Notes under the pieces: generated by a model
What the model was told of the DNA's origin: nothing
Database searches by the model: none
Seen by the model: the letters and a program-made list of their open reading frames with translations, nothing else
Assembly (NCBI GenBank): GCA_043228905.1
Contig: JBHGNT010000009.1
Span: forward strand, 18,290,001 to 18,354,000
Direction of reading: 5' to 3'
DNA from: Azolla caroliniana
Taxonomy: Eukaryota; Plantae; Polypodiophyta
Length of the DNA stretch: 64,000 bases
Shown here: positions 62,253-64,000 of the stretch, piece by piece
How the letters are laid out: each line of letters starts with the position of its first letter
Numbering within the stretch: the first letter of the stretch is position 1
Program-made: the position numbers and the translations under genes

Positions 62253-63394
62253 TCAATGAAGAGGTTTAAGCCCCTACACATTAAATAACATTTTTTTCAG
62301 ATCATGTACTGGATTTGGAAACATTGATGCAAGCTGGTAAGAGAATGACATGATTTGTTGAATGAATTACAACTAAAATCAGGAACAAAAGAACCTATTT
62401 AGAAGCATTTTGTTTGAATGGCATGTTTTACTAAATGAATTATGTCAATCATTTGCATGGTACCTTGGATGCCCGAAGCTCATTGGCTGGTAAGAGAATA
62501 CTTTTATCTGAAGTGATAACTTTTGATAATGCTCCAGTGCTCATCCTAGAATGGAAAATCTCATAATCTTAAGATTGCAGCTAAGGCAGTACTTAACAAT
62601 CTGCGAAAATGATTCCAATCATTTGTATTTTTCTAGGTTCATCATCATGGCCAAACAAATCTTTTTAGGTCAGAACACAGAAGAATAACCAACATCAATG
62701 ATGCTCATAAGACAGCTGCATCAGGCTTCTCAATAGAGTTTTGAAAGACACCCATTTGCCTGGATGTAACATTCGCTGTATAATTATGGCCTTTCTTAAA
62801 CTCATTCAACAGGCCATGGCTTTATCGCACTGGATTCTTTCATGATTCGCATTGATGTGTAACTACAGTTGAACTTGGTAGATGGATATTTCAAGTTATT
62901 AAAACTTACTGTAGTACAGCCGCCGCCGCCGATATTGAACCATTAGTTGCCATGAGCAGATCCAACAAGCATTGTACACCCTGTTTTATCATATACAATA
63001 CAATGCACACTAGCATGATGAATTAGGCATAATCAAATTCAGCTGACATTACTACAATATCATGTCTAAAAATTTGCAACCACCTTGGGGAAATCTTTGT
63101 GCTTGGGTCCAATTCTTTGGCCATCATTCTTTTGCCCTTTACCAGGTGGAAGTATCCGAACAAGCTCTGGTGGTGGCTTGTAACCATCAAGCTCCACTGG
63201 TCGCCTTACTAGTTTTCATTTATTTGCCAAATATAGCATAAAAGCATTAGAGCATTTTCAGTATACAACAGCAAATAGCGTACCCAAAAAACGCAAAATT
63301 TAGGGAACAAATCCACACCTTTCGCAGCAATGAGTGTTCGAAGGCGTTCAAGTGCATACTCTCGGTTTGTATGTTGTGATCTCTCATCTGAAGC
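62253..63394 (-). CDS. Class I peptide chain release factor-like protein, 3' exons only: 63394-63319, 63208-63084, 62980-62910, 62545-62464, 62273-62253
   Basis: Spliced translation [47 protein letters not shown]...IGPKHKDFPKGVQCLLDLLMATNGSISAAAAVLQMSTGALSKVITSDKSILLPANELRASKGLKPLH*. RSQHxNR is an RF-1 domain motif and all GT-AG phases fit. The GGQ exon would lie beyond the window. Confidence 0.85.
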
Positions 63395-64000
63395 CTATAA
63401 TATACCTTAGACAAACAAAGAAGCAACAGCAGAAAATCAATAAAGATTTCATACACAAGATAACAAATAAAGTGAACGATAAATTTGACATAAAAACGAC
63501 TATAGATTCTACATGAAAGCTCTTCTTCAACACATTGAATGTTAGCGGCAGTCCCTAACTAGGCTGGGTTCTCAGAATTACTTCTTTACGTCATTTTGAG
63601 TTAAAACTAATCAATTCAATATAGGTTAACAAATTTCATAAACATAGCTTGAAAGTTTACATGACAACTCCACACTTTGGATACCTTCACTGTGGGTTGA
63701 GTGGGCATCTCTGGCATCAATCCACTCCATGTTTAGGATATTTTCTTTGCCACTTACATAAAAGCCTAATACTTTATACGCTCAGTACTCACACACAACA
63801 TGATTTAGGATTTTGAATAGATCACTTAACCAACAATAATCTTGTGATGCAGTAAGGAACTTAGCTCCCTTAATAATAGTTAACAAGGTTATAAATTGAA
63901 GTGATTAAGGAGTATATGAATAAATAGGCTATTAATATTCAATAACTGGAGATAAAAATTACAATCGTTGTGGACTAAAGATAAGCTCTCAACAACCAAA

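Noticed and set aside
63540-63994. Solo LTR (TGTTAG...CTCTCAACA) in the release-factor intron
   Set aside because: The flanks do not form a TSD (TTGAA vs ACCAA) and the window ends, so the boundaries cannot be established.

Overview
Eukaryotic land-plant genomic DNA. It looks like a non-seed plant, probably a fern, but that is an inference from the retroelement mix and the abundant (GA)n tracts. A gene-rich left part (~3-22 kb) holds a RING/pseudokinase/WD40 gene, an intronless Cgr1/CCDC86-like gene, MAGO NASHI and a patatin-like lipase. The 3' exons of a class I peptide release factor-like gene lie at the right end (62.2-63.4 kb). Between them is a 36-kb nest of LTR retrotransposons inserted into a decayed L1 LINE. 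The outer element A (24586-60405, TSD CACCA) is an Athila/Tat-type gypsy. It contains two tRNA-Trp-primed fungal-like gypsy copies (B, D), a Tcn1-like chromovirus (C), a solo LTR, a copia LTR fragment and a very young copia with an unbroken ORF (F). Three signals stand out. (1) Element A has no polypurine tract; an inverted second tRNA-Arg primer-binding site sits exactly where the PPT should be, suggesting tRNA priming of both DNA strands. (2) The chromovirus LTRs begin with an antisense tRNA-like box A/box B module, and the element appears to self-prime. (3) A SINE-like family carries two convergent tRNA-derived heads. All coordinates were read by eye and no searches were run.
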